A stretch of 36,694 nucleotides of DNA from Deinococcales bacterium (lineage in GTDB: Bacteria; Deinococcota; Deinococci; Deinococcales; JAAFIG01): contig JAYWGM010000024.1 of the NCBI GenBank assembly GCA_043778225.1, positions 1 through 36,694 of the forward strand. The letters are read 5' to 3'. The translations under genes and the position numbers were made by a program. How positions within the stretch are numbered: position 1 is the stretch's first letter; every line of letters starts with the position of its first letter. This document shows, in pieces, positions 17,385 through 27,128 of this stretch. The notes under the pieces are model-generated. The model saw only the letters and a list, made by a program, of their open reading frames with translations, was not told the DNA's origin and did no database searches.

Positions 17385-17911
17385 GGTTGTAAAAATTTCT
17401 TGATTCCAGCTTCGTGATGGGTATTGTGATAAACAGCAAAAATTGCCATTTCTCGAGCGGGTAACAAACCCATGAGCGGGTGCTTCATGCCCAGCGTATC
17501 GAGTTGTGCGTCGTCCCAAGTTTCTAAAGCACTCGAGAAAGTGGCTACCGTATTTTGAAAAGCAGCAATGACTTGGGCTTGGTAAGCGGCATCGGCTTTT
17601 GGCTCGAGGCTTGGCAGGAAATTACCCGTTAAAATCACACCGCCACCCAAAACAGCTTTGTACTCGGTTCTGATTTGTTCAAAAACTCGAGCCTTGGTTT
17701 CTGGGGCTGGTGGAAGACGCTCTGGCACGGTAAAACCTCGAGCAATCATGCCAAGTGTCTGGGTTAGATGCTGAACTTGCAAAGCGGCACCCCACTTTTC
17801 GGTCGTGCCAGCAAAAAATTGTTCTGGCGGTAAACTCGATAGATATGCCACAAACTCTATAGTGTGGTTTTGCATCGCCTCGAGAATTTCGGTTTTTGTG
17901 TACGGATTCAT
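17381..17911 (-). CDS. DinB-family protein
   Basis: KW...QHL, HPLMG-L..RE, H-x3-H (HNTHH). Confidence 0.8.
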   Translation of the reverse strand: MNPYTKTEILEAMQNHTIEFVAYLSSLPPEQFFAGTTEKWGAALQVQHLTQTLGMIARGFTVPERLPPAPETKARVFEQIRTEYKAVLGGGVILTGNFLPSLEPKADAAYQAQVIAAFQNTVATFSSALETWDDAQLDTLGMKHPLMGLLPAREMAIFAVYHNTHHEAGIKKFLQP

Positions 17912-18456
17912 GCTTCACCCCTAATGTTGGTCGGAAAACCATCAATACTGTTGGTGTTTTTCTTGAGTTGATATGCCTTTAATTGCTCTGGAGTGCGAGC
18001 CTCCCAATAATCGGTCAGTTCAGTGCGTTGGGCATTAAAATCAAAAAGCGGTACTGCCATGCCACACGAGGTTTGCACCAAATCCACCTCGAGCATAAAA
18101 ATTTGTCGTGCGCCTGTAATTGGATTGAACTTGGCATACAGTTGTGTCCACTCGGCATCTCGAGGATGTACGGCTCGAGCCTGACCAAAAAGCCGCAAGA
18201 TAAGCGGCGCACCATCAAAAGCACAAAACATCATCGTCATGCGTGGATTCTCGAGAATATGCGCGGCGGACTCGTTGCCGCTACCTGTGGAATTAAGCCA
18301 AATGACACGATTAGGATTCAGAATTCGCAGTGAATCCAAACCCTTTGGCGAGACGTTGACCCGCCCATCGGTTGCGGCTGTGCCAACAAAAAACATTTGT
18401 TGTTTTTCGATGAAATCTTGAAGGTTTTTTGAAATTGACTCGAGTTGTTCGCCCAT
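17908..18456 (-). CDS. Pyridoxamine 5'-phosphate oxidase-family FMN-binding protein
   Basis: FFVGTA, VNVSPKG, TGSGNE-AAH, VQTSCG-AVP, SIDGFPT; RBS GAGGTG. Confidence 0.88.
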   Translation of the reverse strand: MGEQLESISKNLQDFIEKQQMFFVGTAATDGRVNVSPKGLDSLRILNPNRVIWLNSTGSGNESAAHILENPRMTMMFCAFDGAPLILRLFGQARAVHPRDAEWTQLYAKFNPITGARQIFMLEVDLVQTSCGMAVPLFDFNAQRTELTDYWEARTPEQLKAYQLKKNTNSIDGFPTNIRGEA

Positions 18457-18468
18457 ACCAATCACCTC

Positions 18469-18552
18469 GTAGGGGCGAACCCCCGTGTTCGCCCTGCGTT
18501 TGCATATGCCAAAAGCCTTGGCGTGTAAGGGCGAGGCAAGCCCCGCCCCTAC
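18469..18552. repeat. Inverted REP doublet (REPIN-like)
   Basis: GTAGGGGCGAAC-CCCCGT-GTTCGCCCT (18469-18495) and, on the minus strand, GTAGGGGCGGGGCTTGCCTCGCCCT (18528-18552). Confidence 0.8.
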
Positions 18553-18555
18553 GGT

Positions 18556-19974
18556 TTACAACATTTGCCGAACGTCTACGACTTGCCCAGAAATCGCGGC
18601 GGCGGCTGCCATGATGGGTGACATCAACAGGCTTCTCGAGCCGGGTCCTTGGCGACCTTGGAAATTGCGGTTGGATGTGCTTGCGACGTATTTACCACTG
18701 CCAGCTTTGTCTTCGTTCATGGCAAGGCACATACTGCATCCCGCGCCGCGCCATTCAAAACCCGCGTCCTTAAAAATCGTGTCCAGCCCTTCGGCTTCGG
18801 CTTTGGCTCGGACATCTTTGCTGCCGGGAACAACAATGGCAATGACATGGCTCGAGACTTTTTTGCCTTTTAGTATTTTTGCGGCTTCGCGTAAATCCTC
18901 GAGTCTGCCATTGGTGCAACTGCCAATAAACACTTGGTCTACGGGTAAACCTTCGATTGCCTGCCCTTCTTTGAGTCCCATGTACTCGAGGGCGCTCTCG
19001 AGGGCGCGGCGGTCAGCGGCATTCTCGAGGTCAGATGCTCTTGGGATGGTTTGGCGAATCCCAGCACCTTGTCCTGGGTTCGTGCCGTATGTCACCATTG
19101 GCTCGAGTTTAGAAGCATCTATAAAAATCTCGCGGTCAAATGTTGCATCAGGGTCGGATGGAAGGGTGTTCCAGTATGCCACAGCATTATCCCAAGCCTC
19201 GCCAGTTGGAGCATATGGACGACCCTTTATAAAGTCATAGGTTGTTTGGTCAGGGGCAATCATGCCCGCCCTCGCGCCCGCTTCGATGCTCATGTTGCAA
19301 ATGGTCATGCGGTTCGCCATGCTTAAAGCTCGGATGGTACTGCCGCGATACTCGAGAACATAGCCTGTACCACCAGCCGCTCCAATCTGCGCGATAATCG
19401 CCAGAATAATATCCTTGGCAGTTACACCCACACCAAGTTCACCATCCACGTTAATCGCAAAGGTTTTCGCAGGATTTTGCAACAAGGTTTGGGTTGCCAG
19501 CACATGACCGACCTCGGACGTACCAATACCGAACGCCAACGCACCGAATGCACCGTGGGTACTGGTGTGTGAATCACCACAAACAATTGTCATGCCGGGA
19601 TGGGTAATCCCCATTTCAGGACCCACCACATGAACCACGCCTTGTACTTCGCCAGAAATATCCCAGAGGGTCACACCAAAATCCGCGCAGTTCTTACGCA
19701 GGGTTTGCACTTGCGTGGCTTGTTCAGAACCCCACATCTCGAGCGGAATGACCTCCTGAGCGTTCTGCATCAGCGTCGGAATACTATGATCCATGGTCGC
19801 AAAAGTACGCTGCGGATTGCGAACCGTTAAGCCCTTCTCGCGCAGCATTCCAAACGCCTGCGGACTGGTGACTTCATGAATCAAGTGCGTGTCTATGTAC
19901 AACACCGTTGGCGCACCTGCGTCTTGCGCCACAACGTGCGCGTTCCAAACTTTCTCGAATAATGTTTTACCCAT
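18556..19974 (-). CDS. leuC: 3-isopropylmalate dehydratase large subunit
   Basis: [54 protein letters not shown]. Confidence 0.96.
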   Translation of the reverse strand: MGKTLFEKVWNAHVVAQDAGAPTVLYIDTHLIHEVTSPQAFGMLREKGLTVRNPQRTFATMDHSIPTLMQNAQEVIPLEMWGSEQATQVQTLRKNCADFGVTLWDISGEVQGVVHVVGPEMGITHPGMTIVCGDSHTSTHGAFGALAFGIGTSEVGHVLATQTLLQNPAKTFAINVDGELGVGVTAKDIILAIIAQIGAAGGTGYVLEYRGSTIRALSMANRMTICNMSIEAGARAGMIAPDQTTYDFIKGRPYAPTGEAWDNAVAYWNTLPSDPDATFDREIFIDASKLEPMVTYGTNPGQGAGIRQTIPRASDLENAADRRALESALEYMGLKEGQAIEGLPVDQVFIGSCTNGRLEDLREAAKILKGKKVSSHVIAIVVPGSKDVRAKAEAEGLDTIFKDAGFEWRGAGCSMCLAMNEDKAGSGKYVASTSNRNFQGRQGPGSRSLLMSPIMAAAAAISGQVVDVRQML

Positions 19975-19993
19975 GATGGACTCCTTGAACGAT

Positions 19994-20983
19994 TTAACTG
20001 ATGAGGTTTGATGCTTCAAAAGTAACGACGATTTTATCTCCACTTTGTATTTCTAATTCCAAAACTTGAGTTTCTAAGTCTTCAGAAAGATTAACCTCGT
20101 TGATTGATTTACTAAATCCCCAAGGCAGTTTTCTTTCAACTTTATAGCTCGAGACTCCAAAAAGTTTGATTGTTTGACTTGTTAATTTGATTTCTAGAAT
20201 CCCTTTTTTCCAATCAAAGTTAATACTTTCAATGGTCTTATCGTGAAGTTGCTGCGTGTTAATTTTTAGCCGATTTGAAATTTGACTGGCATACATTTCT
20301 GCTGACTCAAGTGAACCGAGTATGTCCAATTTCTCTAGAGCAAATGTAGAGATTTGACTCGGATTCACCTTCTCTATAATTATCGCTCGAGGACATATTT
20401 TCTCTTCGAGATACGCATTGATACGATGATGTCCATCAATCAAAAAGTAACAATTGAACCCATCTTCATTTGGTGATTTCGCTAGAATAATAGCTGGTCG
20501 TTCCCCTGCTTGAATTTTCTTTCGCCACTTATTGACACGACCTGAATCAACGTTACTTTCAGGCAATGTCTTAACGATAAAATCAGAGTTTGGATAACAT
20601 TCCCAGAAATATGTTCCACTTATCACTTCTACGTTTGCTACCCAAAACTCAGAATCTAACTCAAATTCTCGAATTGATACTTCATACAGTCCATCAGCAA
20701 AAAGATTCACAATGGGTTGAACCGTATTTTCTAGGTTATCTGCATTAACGTGAACTTCGCTAATTGAATGGAAGTGATTTCCAATAGAACGAAACCTATT
20801 GTCTGGCGAATTAACAAACCATTGAATAATACTTCCACTAAATTGATTCCAAACTGTTGTGACTAAATTTCCATGAAACACCAATGCGCCACTAAAATCC
20901 GCCTGACCTTGTATATCAAGAATTCCTAAGCCGTTTTCGACGACAAAGTTTCTCGAGACTTCAATTGGATTTCTGGTATTCAT
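19994..20983 (-). CDS. Hypothetical protein with a ParB/Srx-like motif (LIDGHHR), AT-rich
   Basis: GERPAIIL...[13 protein letters not shown], plus an apparently separate C-terminal ~85-aa domain. Confidence 0.6.
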   Translation of the reverse strand: MNTRNPIEVSRNFVVENGLGILDIQGQADFSGALVFHGNLVTTVWNQFSGSIIQWFVNSPDNRFRSIGNHFHSISEVHVNADNLENTVQPIVNLFADGLYEVSIREFELDSEFWVANVEVISGTYFWECYPNSDFIVKTLPESNVDSGRVNKWRKKIQAGERPAIILAKSPNEDGFNCYFLIDGHHRINAYLEEKICPRAIIIEKVNPSQISTFALEKLDILGSLESAEMYASQISNRLKINTQQLHDKTIESINFDWKKGILEIKLTSQTIKLFGVSSYKVERKLPWGFSKSINEVNLSEDLETQVLELEIQSGDKIVVTFEASNLIS

Positions 20984-20986
20984 AGT

Positions 20987-21316
20987 TCAATCCACAATGA
21001 ATAATTTTGCGCCTATCTCGGTTCTCGAGCGGTGCGCTTCGGCGTTGTCCGCCACTTGATAACTCATACCGGGTTTCAACATAAATACTTGCCCATCTTT
21101 GAGTTCGGTCTCGAGTTCACCCTCTAAGCACAAGAGAATATGTCCTTTGACGCACCAATGGTCAGACACATACCCAGCCGTGTATTCCACCCTGCGAACC
21201 CGAATGCCAGCAAAATTCTGGGTGCGCCAAAAGGCTTTACCAGTAATGCCAGCGTGTTCGGTTGGTTCTATGTGCGCCCAGTCGGTTGTACCGAATGGAA
21301 TTTGGGTCATGTTCAT
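20987..21316 (-). CDS. DHCW-motif cupin-fold protein
   Basis: IPFGTTDW, RVEYTAGYVSDHWCVKGH, GMSYQVAD, GAKLFIVD. Confidence 0.9.
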   Translation of the reverse strand: MNMTQIPFGTTDWAHIEPTEHAGITGKAFWRTQNFAGIRVRRVEYTAGYVSDHWCVKGHILLCLEGELETELKDGQVFMLKPGMSYQVADNAEAHRSRTEIGAKLFIVD

Positions 21317-21336
21317 AGGTCTTCCTTTTAGGGAGT

Positions 21337-22356
21337 TCATCGCTTGAAAATAGGTAATTGGTTTGGGTGTTGATATAGTCGCAAGCCATCATTGACCCCT
21401 AAAGCAAGACTAACTGAGTCTTGAGATAGCGCAAACGACTCATGACCAAAAATATTTGTTTTAAGTTGGTACAGTATTTTTCCTGTAACCAAGTCCCAAA
21501 ATATGATGTTATCACCATAGGCACTGCTTACAATTGTTTTTCCATCTGGTGTAAATCGGGCTTCCCAAACATTTGATTTATGCCCCAAAAACGTAGCAAG
21601 TTCCCTTCCTGTTTGTAAATCAATCCATAGAATGCTCGTTTTATAGGGGAATATGACACTTTTCCCATCAGGATGTATTGCAATATTGCGACCATCAGCT
21701 TGTCGTAGTTTTCTAATCAATTTACCAGAGTTAAAATCAATTAAGAATGTGGAATTATCTAGGGAAGTTACCATAATCTGGCGATTGTCTTGAGAGAAGT
21801 CAATTGCATTAAGATATTGAGCTTCAAGGGTAAATGTTTTATCGAGACTGCCAGTTCTTACATTATATGAGCGAACGTTGTAATCTGCATACGTCGCAAC
21901 TATTTTTTCTTCATCATTAGAAAATTTGATTGCCTGTATTGTTGTGGGCAAATTCTCTAAATTCTTTTCTATTCGAGGATAAGAGCGTGTTCTAAAGACT
22001 TCTTTGAACGTTTCTGTGCGAAAAACATAGAGTATTGTACCTTCTGAAAGGGCAAAAAAACTTCCATTTTTACTAAATTCAACTGCTGAAGATGAACTGT
22101 TTTCTAATAGAAAATCGAAAACTTTTTTACCGAATATTAAATCAAAAATGCTTAAACTTTGACTTTTATCTCCACCAAATTTAGTTCTAGCTATCAATGA
22201 TTTATTGTGATTTATAGCAATTGACGAGGTATAGCCTCCATGATATTTTTGCCACATTATTCTTAGGTCAGCAAAACTATGCTGTGTCTGGGCTGTTATT
22301 ACCTGTGATAGAAGAATAAAAACAAATACTAATCTATAAGTGTTCTGCCGATTCAT
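21337..22356 (-). CDS. WD40-repeat beta-propeller protein, probably exported
   Basis: Repeated FS-x-DG/N blades and FLGH...FTPDGK...IIFWD; hydrophobic N terminus; AT-rich. Confidence 0.85.
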   Translation of the reverse strand: MNRQNTYRLVFVFILLSQVITAQTQHSFADLRIMWQKYHGGYTSSIAINHNKSLIARTKFGGDKSQSLSIFDLIFGKKVFDFLLENSSSSAVEFSKNGSFFALSEGTILYVFRTETFKEVFRTRSYPRIEKNLENLPTTIQAIKFSNDEEKIVATYADYNVRSYNVRTGSLDKTFTLEAQYLNAIDFSQDNRQIMVTSLDNSTFLIDFNSGKLIRKLRQADGRNIAIHPDGKSVIFPYKTSILWIDLQTGRELATFLGHKSNVWEARFTPDGKTIVSSAYGDNIIFWDLVTGKILYQLKTNIFGHESFALSQDSVSLALGVNDGLRLYQHPNQLPIFKR

Positions 22357-23033
22357 ATTTTCACCTTTTTGACTTTTGGTGTATATATCTTGTTGAAAAC
22401 TGAAGTGAATCTATCGCATCGGCTTGAGCGTAACCACCGCATTACATCAGGATTCATCCACTCGAGTAACCGAATCATATCTTCGTAACGACTCCAAAGC
22501 TCACTTGGTTTTTTGTTAATAGGCTCGTGGTGTGCAATTCGGTTACGAAGTTGTCTTATCTTTGTCAAGTCGTCTCGAATCTTCTGAATATTTCTATTGT
22601 TTGGTGTTGTTGCTGGAAATAATAGATTGTTATATGGTCGCCAGAATTCGACCTCATAATTTTTACTAAATAAAGATGTCCAAAATCCAAACATGAGTTC
22701 TGCAACAACAGAGCCAGAATATATGGATTTCTTAGAGGCAGCTAGCTTTTCAACTGCCTTGAATACATCACCGCGTCCTTGTCGGTCAAGTAAGTAAAGC
22801 AATTTACTATCACGAAACCAGTCCTGACCGTACTTCTTGATGAGTACCAGTTCAAATTGATTTCTGAGAACAATTTCTAATTGCTGCATCAAAGGATATA
22901 GCGCTTCACACAATTGAATATTTTCACCGTATTTTTTTAAGGTTCTTGCTCGTGTTTGATTCAAATTACGATAAGAAGATAGGCGAGCAGATGAAATACC
23001 TTTTTCGATCTTAATGTAACTAACTCTTGGCAT
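22353..23033 (-). CDS. Abi-like (Abi_2/AbiF-type) HEPN ribonuclease
   Basis: S-ARLSSY, LEIVLRN, FGFW and the intact HEPN R-x4-H motif LRNRIAHHE. Confidence 0.88.
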   Translation of the reverse strand: MPRVSYIKIEKGISSARLSSYRNLNQTRARTLKKYGENIQLCEALYPLMQQLEIVLRNQFELVLIKKYGQDWFRDSKLLYLLDRQGRGDVFKAVEKLAASKKSIYSGSVVAELMFGFWTSLFSKNYEVEFWRPYNNLLFPATTPNNRNIQKIRDDLTKIRQLRNRIAHHEPINKKPSELWSRYEDMIRLLEWMNPDVMRWLRSSRCDRFTSVFNKIYTPKVKKVKI

Positions 23034-23109
23034 ATATCCTCATAGATTGTAAATTCGGTCAACCGAAATCCAAATTGATTTCTACATCTCTAAACAATTA
23101 CAATGAAAT

Positions 23110-23138
23110 TTGACATTTTATTGAGATTACTATATCCT
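23110..23138 (+). promoter_or_regulatory. Sigma70-type promoter facing away from the Abi gene
   Basis: TTGACA (23110-23115), 17-nt spacer, TATCCT (23133-23138); no credible plus-strand CDS follows. Confidence 0.65.
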
Positions 23139-23144
23139 TTCCAC

Positions 23145-23204
23145 GTTCACCCCGAGATCAGCCTATGGCGCTTCGTGCGTTACGCCCTCGGGGTTCCGTT
23201 TTTT
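23145..23204 (+). ncRNA. Candidate ~60-nt structured RNA (putative antitoxin of the Abi-like HEPN protein)
   Basis: Promoter upstream; 8-bp closing stem ACCCCGAG/CTCGGGGT; inner hairpin; ends in GTTTTTT. Confidence 0.55.
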
Positions 23205-23839
23205 GTGCCGCGTATCTGTAACCCGCTTGTGTTCATTAAGGTACTCAGTAATCGTTCTCGAGACCGCTCGAGGTGCGCCTTAATCGCTTCTTCGGCAGCG
23301 CTCGAGTCACGTAAGGCTATCGTCTCGAGAATCCGCTTGTGGTCGGTGACTGCCTTTTGCTGTCCGCCTTGGGCGTTGGCTTCGTACCAGCGTGTGCGTG
23401 AAAGTCGGGTCAGTACATCCTCGAGGGCGCGGACGTAAAAAGTGTTGCCGCTAAGTCGTGCCATCTCGAGGTGAAAATCGGTGGCGTTTCGCATAAAGGT
23501 TTCTAGGTTTTTAGATGGTTTCTCGAGGGTTTTTAGTAAGGCTTTGATTTGTGTGTCTGTTGCCCGTTCGCAGCTTAGTTTAGCGGCGGCTATCTCGAGC
23601 GTGGCACGGAATTCTAGGGCTTGGCTTATTTCGGCAAAGTCTATCGGGGCAACAATATAGCCGCGTCCGTCTCGTTGGACTAATCCTTCATTCTCGAGTT
23701 TGGCTAGGGCGGTGCGGACGGTGGTGCGGCTGGTGTCTAGGAAGGTCTCGAGTCCGCGTTCGGTCAATGCGTTTCCGGGCGCTAAATCTAAGCGCAGGAT
23801 GGCAGTGCGGAGTTTTTCGTAGGCGAGGCTCGAGGACAT
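23180..23839 (-). CDS. GntR-family (FadR/FCD) transcriptional regulator
   Basis: AYEKLRTAIL..L.PG..L.E..L...L.TSRTTVR.AL; FCD motifs FH...SGN and DH..I. Confidence 0.93.
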   Translation of the reverse strand: MSSSLAYEKLRTAILRLDLAPGNALTERGLETFLDTSRTTVRTALAKLENEGLVQRDGRGYIVAPIDFAEISQALEFRATLEIAAAKLSCERATDTQIKALLKTLEKPSKNLETFMRNATDFHLEMARLSGNTFYVRALEDVLTRLSRTRWYEANAQGGQQKAVTDHKRILETIALRDSSAAEEAIKAHLERSRERLLSTLMNTSGLQIRGTKNGTPRA

Positions 23840-23850
23840 GATGTACCTAT

Positions 23851-23872
23851 TGGTATACCATATGGTGTGCCA
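23851..23872. promoter_or_regulatory. GntR/FadR-type operator pair
   Basis: Perfect palindrome TGGTATACCA (23851-23860) plus degenerate TGGTGTGCCA (23863-23872), 11 bp upstream of the gntR start. Confidence 0.7.
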
Positions 23873-23957
23873 AGACTCAAGTGGATTTGACTTTCGGGAC
23901 TCGAGTCACAGCGCACCTTCAGCAAATACTGTCATAATCCGATGAGGTTACTCGGAT

Positions 23958-24977
23958 ATGCTAATTGTTGAAAATCTTTCTAAGCGTTATCACCCAAATC
24001 ACCCACCCGTGGTGAATAACCTTTCTTTTTGCTTACAGGACAACAGCATCACCGCGATTCTGGGTCCAAGCGGCTGTGGTAAAACCACCACTTTGCGCCT
24101 GATTGCTGGTTTTGAGCGCCCCGATTCTGGCAGTATTATTTTGTCTGGCACGACGCTGGTCTCGAGCAGCGTGGATATTGCCCCCGAGCGACGTGAAATT
24201 GGGTTTGTGTTCCAAGATTATGCTTTGTTTCCGCATTTAACGGTGCTTGAAAATACCTTGTTTGGTTTATCAAAATTACCAAAATCCAAGCGGCTCGAGC
24301 AGGCTCGCAGGGTGCTGGCGCTGGTGGGGTTAAGCATTTTCGAGAAGCGCTATCCGCATCAGTTGTCTGGTGGTCAGCAGCAGCGCGTGGCATTGGCTCG
24401 GGCATTAGCACCAAATCCTAAACTGGTACTGCTGGATGAACCTTTCTCGAGCCTCGATGCTGGTTTGCGCGAAGCGACCCGCAGTGAAGTGCGCGAGATT
24501 TTGTACAAAGCCAGCGCTACAGCCCTTTTGGTGACGCACGACCAAGAAGAAGCCATGACTTTTGCCGACCAATTGCTGGTCATGCGCGATGGCAATTTAG
24601 AACAAGCCGGCGCACCTGAACAAATTTATGCTGTGCCGCGAACTGCGTTTGTGGCATCTTTTCTTGGCAAAACCAATTTGCTTCCCGCTCGAGTCCAAAA
24701 TGGCATTGCCGAGACCAGTTTAGGAAAATTCCCGCTCGAGAACCCAAATGGTAACACGATGCTTTCGATTCGCCCAGAAGACCTGCGTTTCTCGAGTCAA
24801 GGTGTTAGTGGCGAGATTGTCACTAGGGATTTTAAGGGACACGATATTACCTTTACGGTCAAAACCCAGAACGGCATCATTTTGGTGCAAACTCCAGCCC
24901 CTAATTCGCAGCGCGTCGGCGACCAAGTGCATATTTCGCTCGATGGGCAAGCGGTGGCGGTGCGCGGCAGTGTTTAA
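23958..24977 (+). CDS. ABC ATP-binding protein, FbpC/PotA type (TOBE C terminus)
   Basis: GPSGCGKT, FQDYALFPH, LSGGQQQR, LLDEPFS, VTHDQEEA, IRPE. No cognate permease or binding protein is adjacent. Confidence 0.92.
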   Translation: MLIVENLSKRYHPNHPPVVNNLSFCLQDNSITAILGPSGCGKTTTLRLIAGFERPDSGSIILSGTTLVSSSVDIAPERREIGFVFQDYALFPHLTVLENTLFGLSKLPKSKRLEQARRVLALVGLSIFEKRYPHQLSGGQQQRVALARALAPNPKLVLLDEPFSSLDAGLREATRSEVREILYKASATALLVTHDQEEAMTFADQLLVMRDGNLEQAGAPEQIYAVPRTAFVASFLGKTNLLPARVQNGIAETSLGKFPLENPNGNTMLSIRPEDLRFSSQGVSGEIVTRDFKGHDITFTVKTQNGIILVQTPAPNSQRVGDQVHISLDGQAVAVRGSV

Positions 24978-25426
24978 CGGCTCATATACTCGAGCAAAGA
25001 TTGCGCCGAGTTTCCAGCAGTAACTTCAGTCCAATCGTATCCATCACCGCCAGCCTTGACGCTCCAAGATTCCCATTGAAGTTCGGGAGTCCTCAGCAAA
25101 TGCAGAATCAATTTTGTTTCCTCGAGAAATGTGTAACCGTACCCATTGGTGATGCTAAAAGAATTGTCCTGAACTGCAATTTCGCTGTGCAAATAAATGT
25201 TGCTGTGGTTCTCGAGTTGCAATTCTAATGCCGATTTTTTGTCCGTAAAACAAATGCCATTTGCAACTTGGCTCGAGCAAACAAAATCTTTGGATGCACC
25301 CATGAATTTTGATACCCGAGATTGCAAAATCATTTTGTTCTCGGGTGCAAAGGAGGCTTGAAACAAGAAATCAGGACCTATTTGTTTTGCTTCGAGTTCC
25401 CAATTCCAAGTGAGTTGCGTGACCAT
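24974..25426 (-). CDS. Hypothetical protein (150 aa)
   Basis: Non-overlapping 3' part of the 347-aa ORF; ATG at 25426 preceded by TACATT; divergent from asnS. Confidence 0.6.
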   Translation of the reverse strand: MVTQLTWNWELEAKQIGPDFLFQASFAPENKMILQSRVSKFMGASKDFVCSSQVANGICFTDKKSALELQLENHSNIYLHSEIAVQDNSFSITNGYGYTFLEETKLILHLLRTPELQWESWSVKAGGDGYDWTEVTAGNSAQSLLEYMSR

Positions 25427-25465
25427 ACTGTAATGTACCCCGTTTTGCGTTGTAAACTGCTGCTT

Positions 25466-26803
25466 ATGCGAGTTTTTATAAATGAAATTGGGAATCACGC
25501 CGAAAGCACCGTCACGATTAAAGGCTGGTTGTCCGATAAAAGTGGCAAGGGCAAATTGCAATTCCTGAAATTGCGCGATGGTACAGGGTTTATTCAAGGT
25601 ACAGTCTTTATTGGCGATGTCTCCGAAGAAACCTTTGAACTTGCCAAGCGTATCCCCCAAGAAGCCAGTCTCGAGGTGACGGGTATTGTTCGGGCAGATG
25701 CTCGAGCGCCAAGTGGTTTTGAACTGTCGGTGCAGGATATAAAGATAGTGGCACTGCCGACCGAAGAATACCCAATTACGCCAAAAGAACACGGTACAGA
25801 ATTTTTGCTCGATAATCGCCATTTGCATTTGCGGCATCGTAAACCGTGGGCGGCATTGCGGGTGCGCGACACGATTAAACGAGCCATTAACGATTTTTTT
25901 CATGACCGAGGCTTTATTCAGTTCGACTCGCCATTTTTTATGCCAACTGCCGTTGAAGGCACAAGTAATTTGTTTGAAATTAACTTGTTTGACGAAGAAA
26001 AGGCTTACCTTTCGCAATCTGGACAGTTATACGCCGAAGCTGGGGCAATGGCGCATGGCAAGGTTTACACCTTTGGACCGACCTTCCGCGCCGAGAAAAG
26101 TAAAACCCGAAGGCATCTGCTCGAGTTTTGGATGATTGAACCCGAAGTTGCCTTTAACGACTGGGAAGACAATATGCGCCTCCAAGAAGAATTTGTATCT
26201 TATTTGGTTGGTCGGGCGCTCGAGGAACGCAAAACCGAACTCGAGATTCTGGAACGTGACACCACAAAGCTCGAGCCAAGTGCATCTGGTAATTTTCCTC
26301 GTGTTTCATACACTGAAGCCATCGAAATGATTGCCAAAGCCATAGCTTCTGGAAATCTTCCCGAGAATGTTGCTGCCGACACCCAGCCCGTAGTTTGGGG
26401 TGATGATTTTGGTGCGCCTCACGAAACGATTGTGGGTTCGTACTTTGACCGCCCTGTCATGATTCACAGTTATCCTGCTGCCATCAAAGCCTTCTATATG
26501 CAGCCTCAAGCCCATGACCCACGCTTGGCAGCTTGCAACGACATGATTGCCCCAGAAGGGTACGGTGAGATTATTGGCGGGTCAGAACGCATTCACGATT
26601 ACGACCTGCTAAAGTCCCGTATTCTCGAGCATGACCTGCCCCTCGAGCCATTTGATTGGTATTTGGATTTGCGCAAATATGGTTCTGTGCCGCACAGTGG
26701 TTTTGGGTTGGGACTCGAACGAACCGTGGCTTGGATTTGTGGTGTGCCGCATTTGCGCGAAGTGATTCCGTTTCCACGAATGCTGACGCGCATGAAACCG
26801 TAA
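25466..26803 (+). CDS. asnS: Asparagine--tRNA ligase
   Basis: OB fold [66 protein letters not shown] 7 nt before the ATG. Confidence 0.96.
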   Translation: MRVFINEIGNHAESTVTIKGWLSDKSGKGKLQFLKLRDGTGFIQGTVFIGDVSEETFELAKRIPQEASLEVTGIVRADARAPSGFELSVQDIKIVALPTEEYPITPKEHGTEFLLDNRHLHLRHRKPWAALRVRDTIKRAINDFFHDRGFIQFDSPFFMPTAVEGTSNLFEINLFDEEKAYLSQSGQLYAEAGAMAHGKVYTFGPTFRAEKSKTRRHLLEFWMIEPEVAFNDWEDNMRLQEEFVSYLVGRALEERKTELEILERDTTKLEPSASGNFPRVSYTEAIEMIAKAIASGNLPENVAADTQPVVWGDDFGAPHETIVGSYFDRPVMIHSYPAAIKAFYMQPQAHDPRLAACNDMIAPEGYGEIIGGSERIHDYDLLKSRILEHDLPLEPFDWYLDLRKYGSVPHSGFGLGLERTVAWICGVPHLREVIPFPRMLTRMKP

Positions 26804-26867
26804 GATTGTCAATACCCGTTTTCTCGAGTATACTCATTCTGGTTGATTCAACTAGAATGAGGTTTGT

Positions 26868-27128
26868 ATGCAAAGAATATGGGCATTAAATGATGCAAAA
26901 ACACAATTTAGTGAAGTGATCGAACGCGCTCAAACTGAGCCGCAAGTGGTCACAAAACACGGTAAGAATACGGCTGTGGTTATGTCTTTTGAGGCGTATC
27001 AGGATTTGCTGCCTAAAATTAGTCTCTGGGATATGCTCCGCCCTGCCAATCCTGTTCTTGAAGATGACGACCCAGACCCGTTCGAGCGAATCCAAGCTGT
27101 ACCTCGAGAGATTAATTTCGATGACTGA
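26868..27128 (+). CDS. Phd/YefM-family antitoxin
   Basis: W-L-DAK-QFSEVIERA..EPQVVTKHGK..AVVMS; overlaps the PIN toxin gene. Confidence 0.9.
   Translation: MQRIWALNDAKTQFSEVIERAQTEPQVVTKHGKNTAVVMSFEAYQDLLPKISLWDMLRPANPVLEDDDPDPFERIQAVPREINFDD

Noticed and set aside
17381..23033. Integron-like cassette array
   Set aside because: Genes are co-oriented, but spacers are 0-20 bp or REP-like; no attC-type structure or integrase was seen.
23103..23438. 111-aa plus-strand ORF as a protein antitoxin for the Abi gene
   Set aside because: It begins upstream of the -35 box, lacks an SD, is mostly antisense to gntR and has no recognisable family features.
25427..26017. N-terminal 197 aa of the 347-aa minus-strand ORF
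   Set aside because: Antisense shadow of asnS; only the part from 25426 downward has a credible start.
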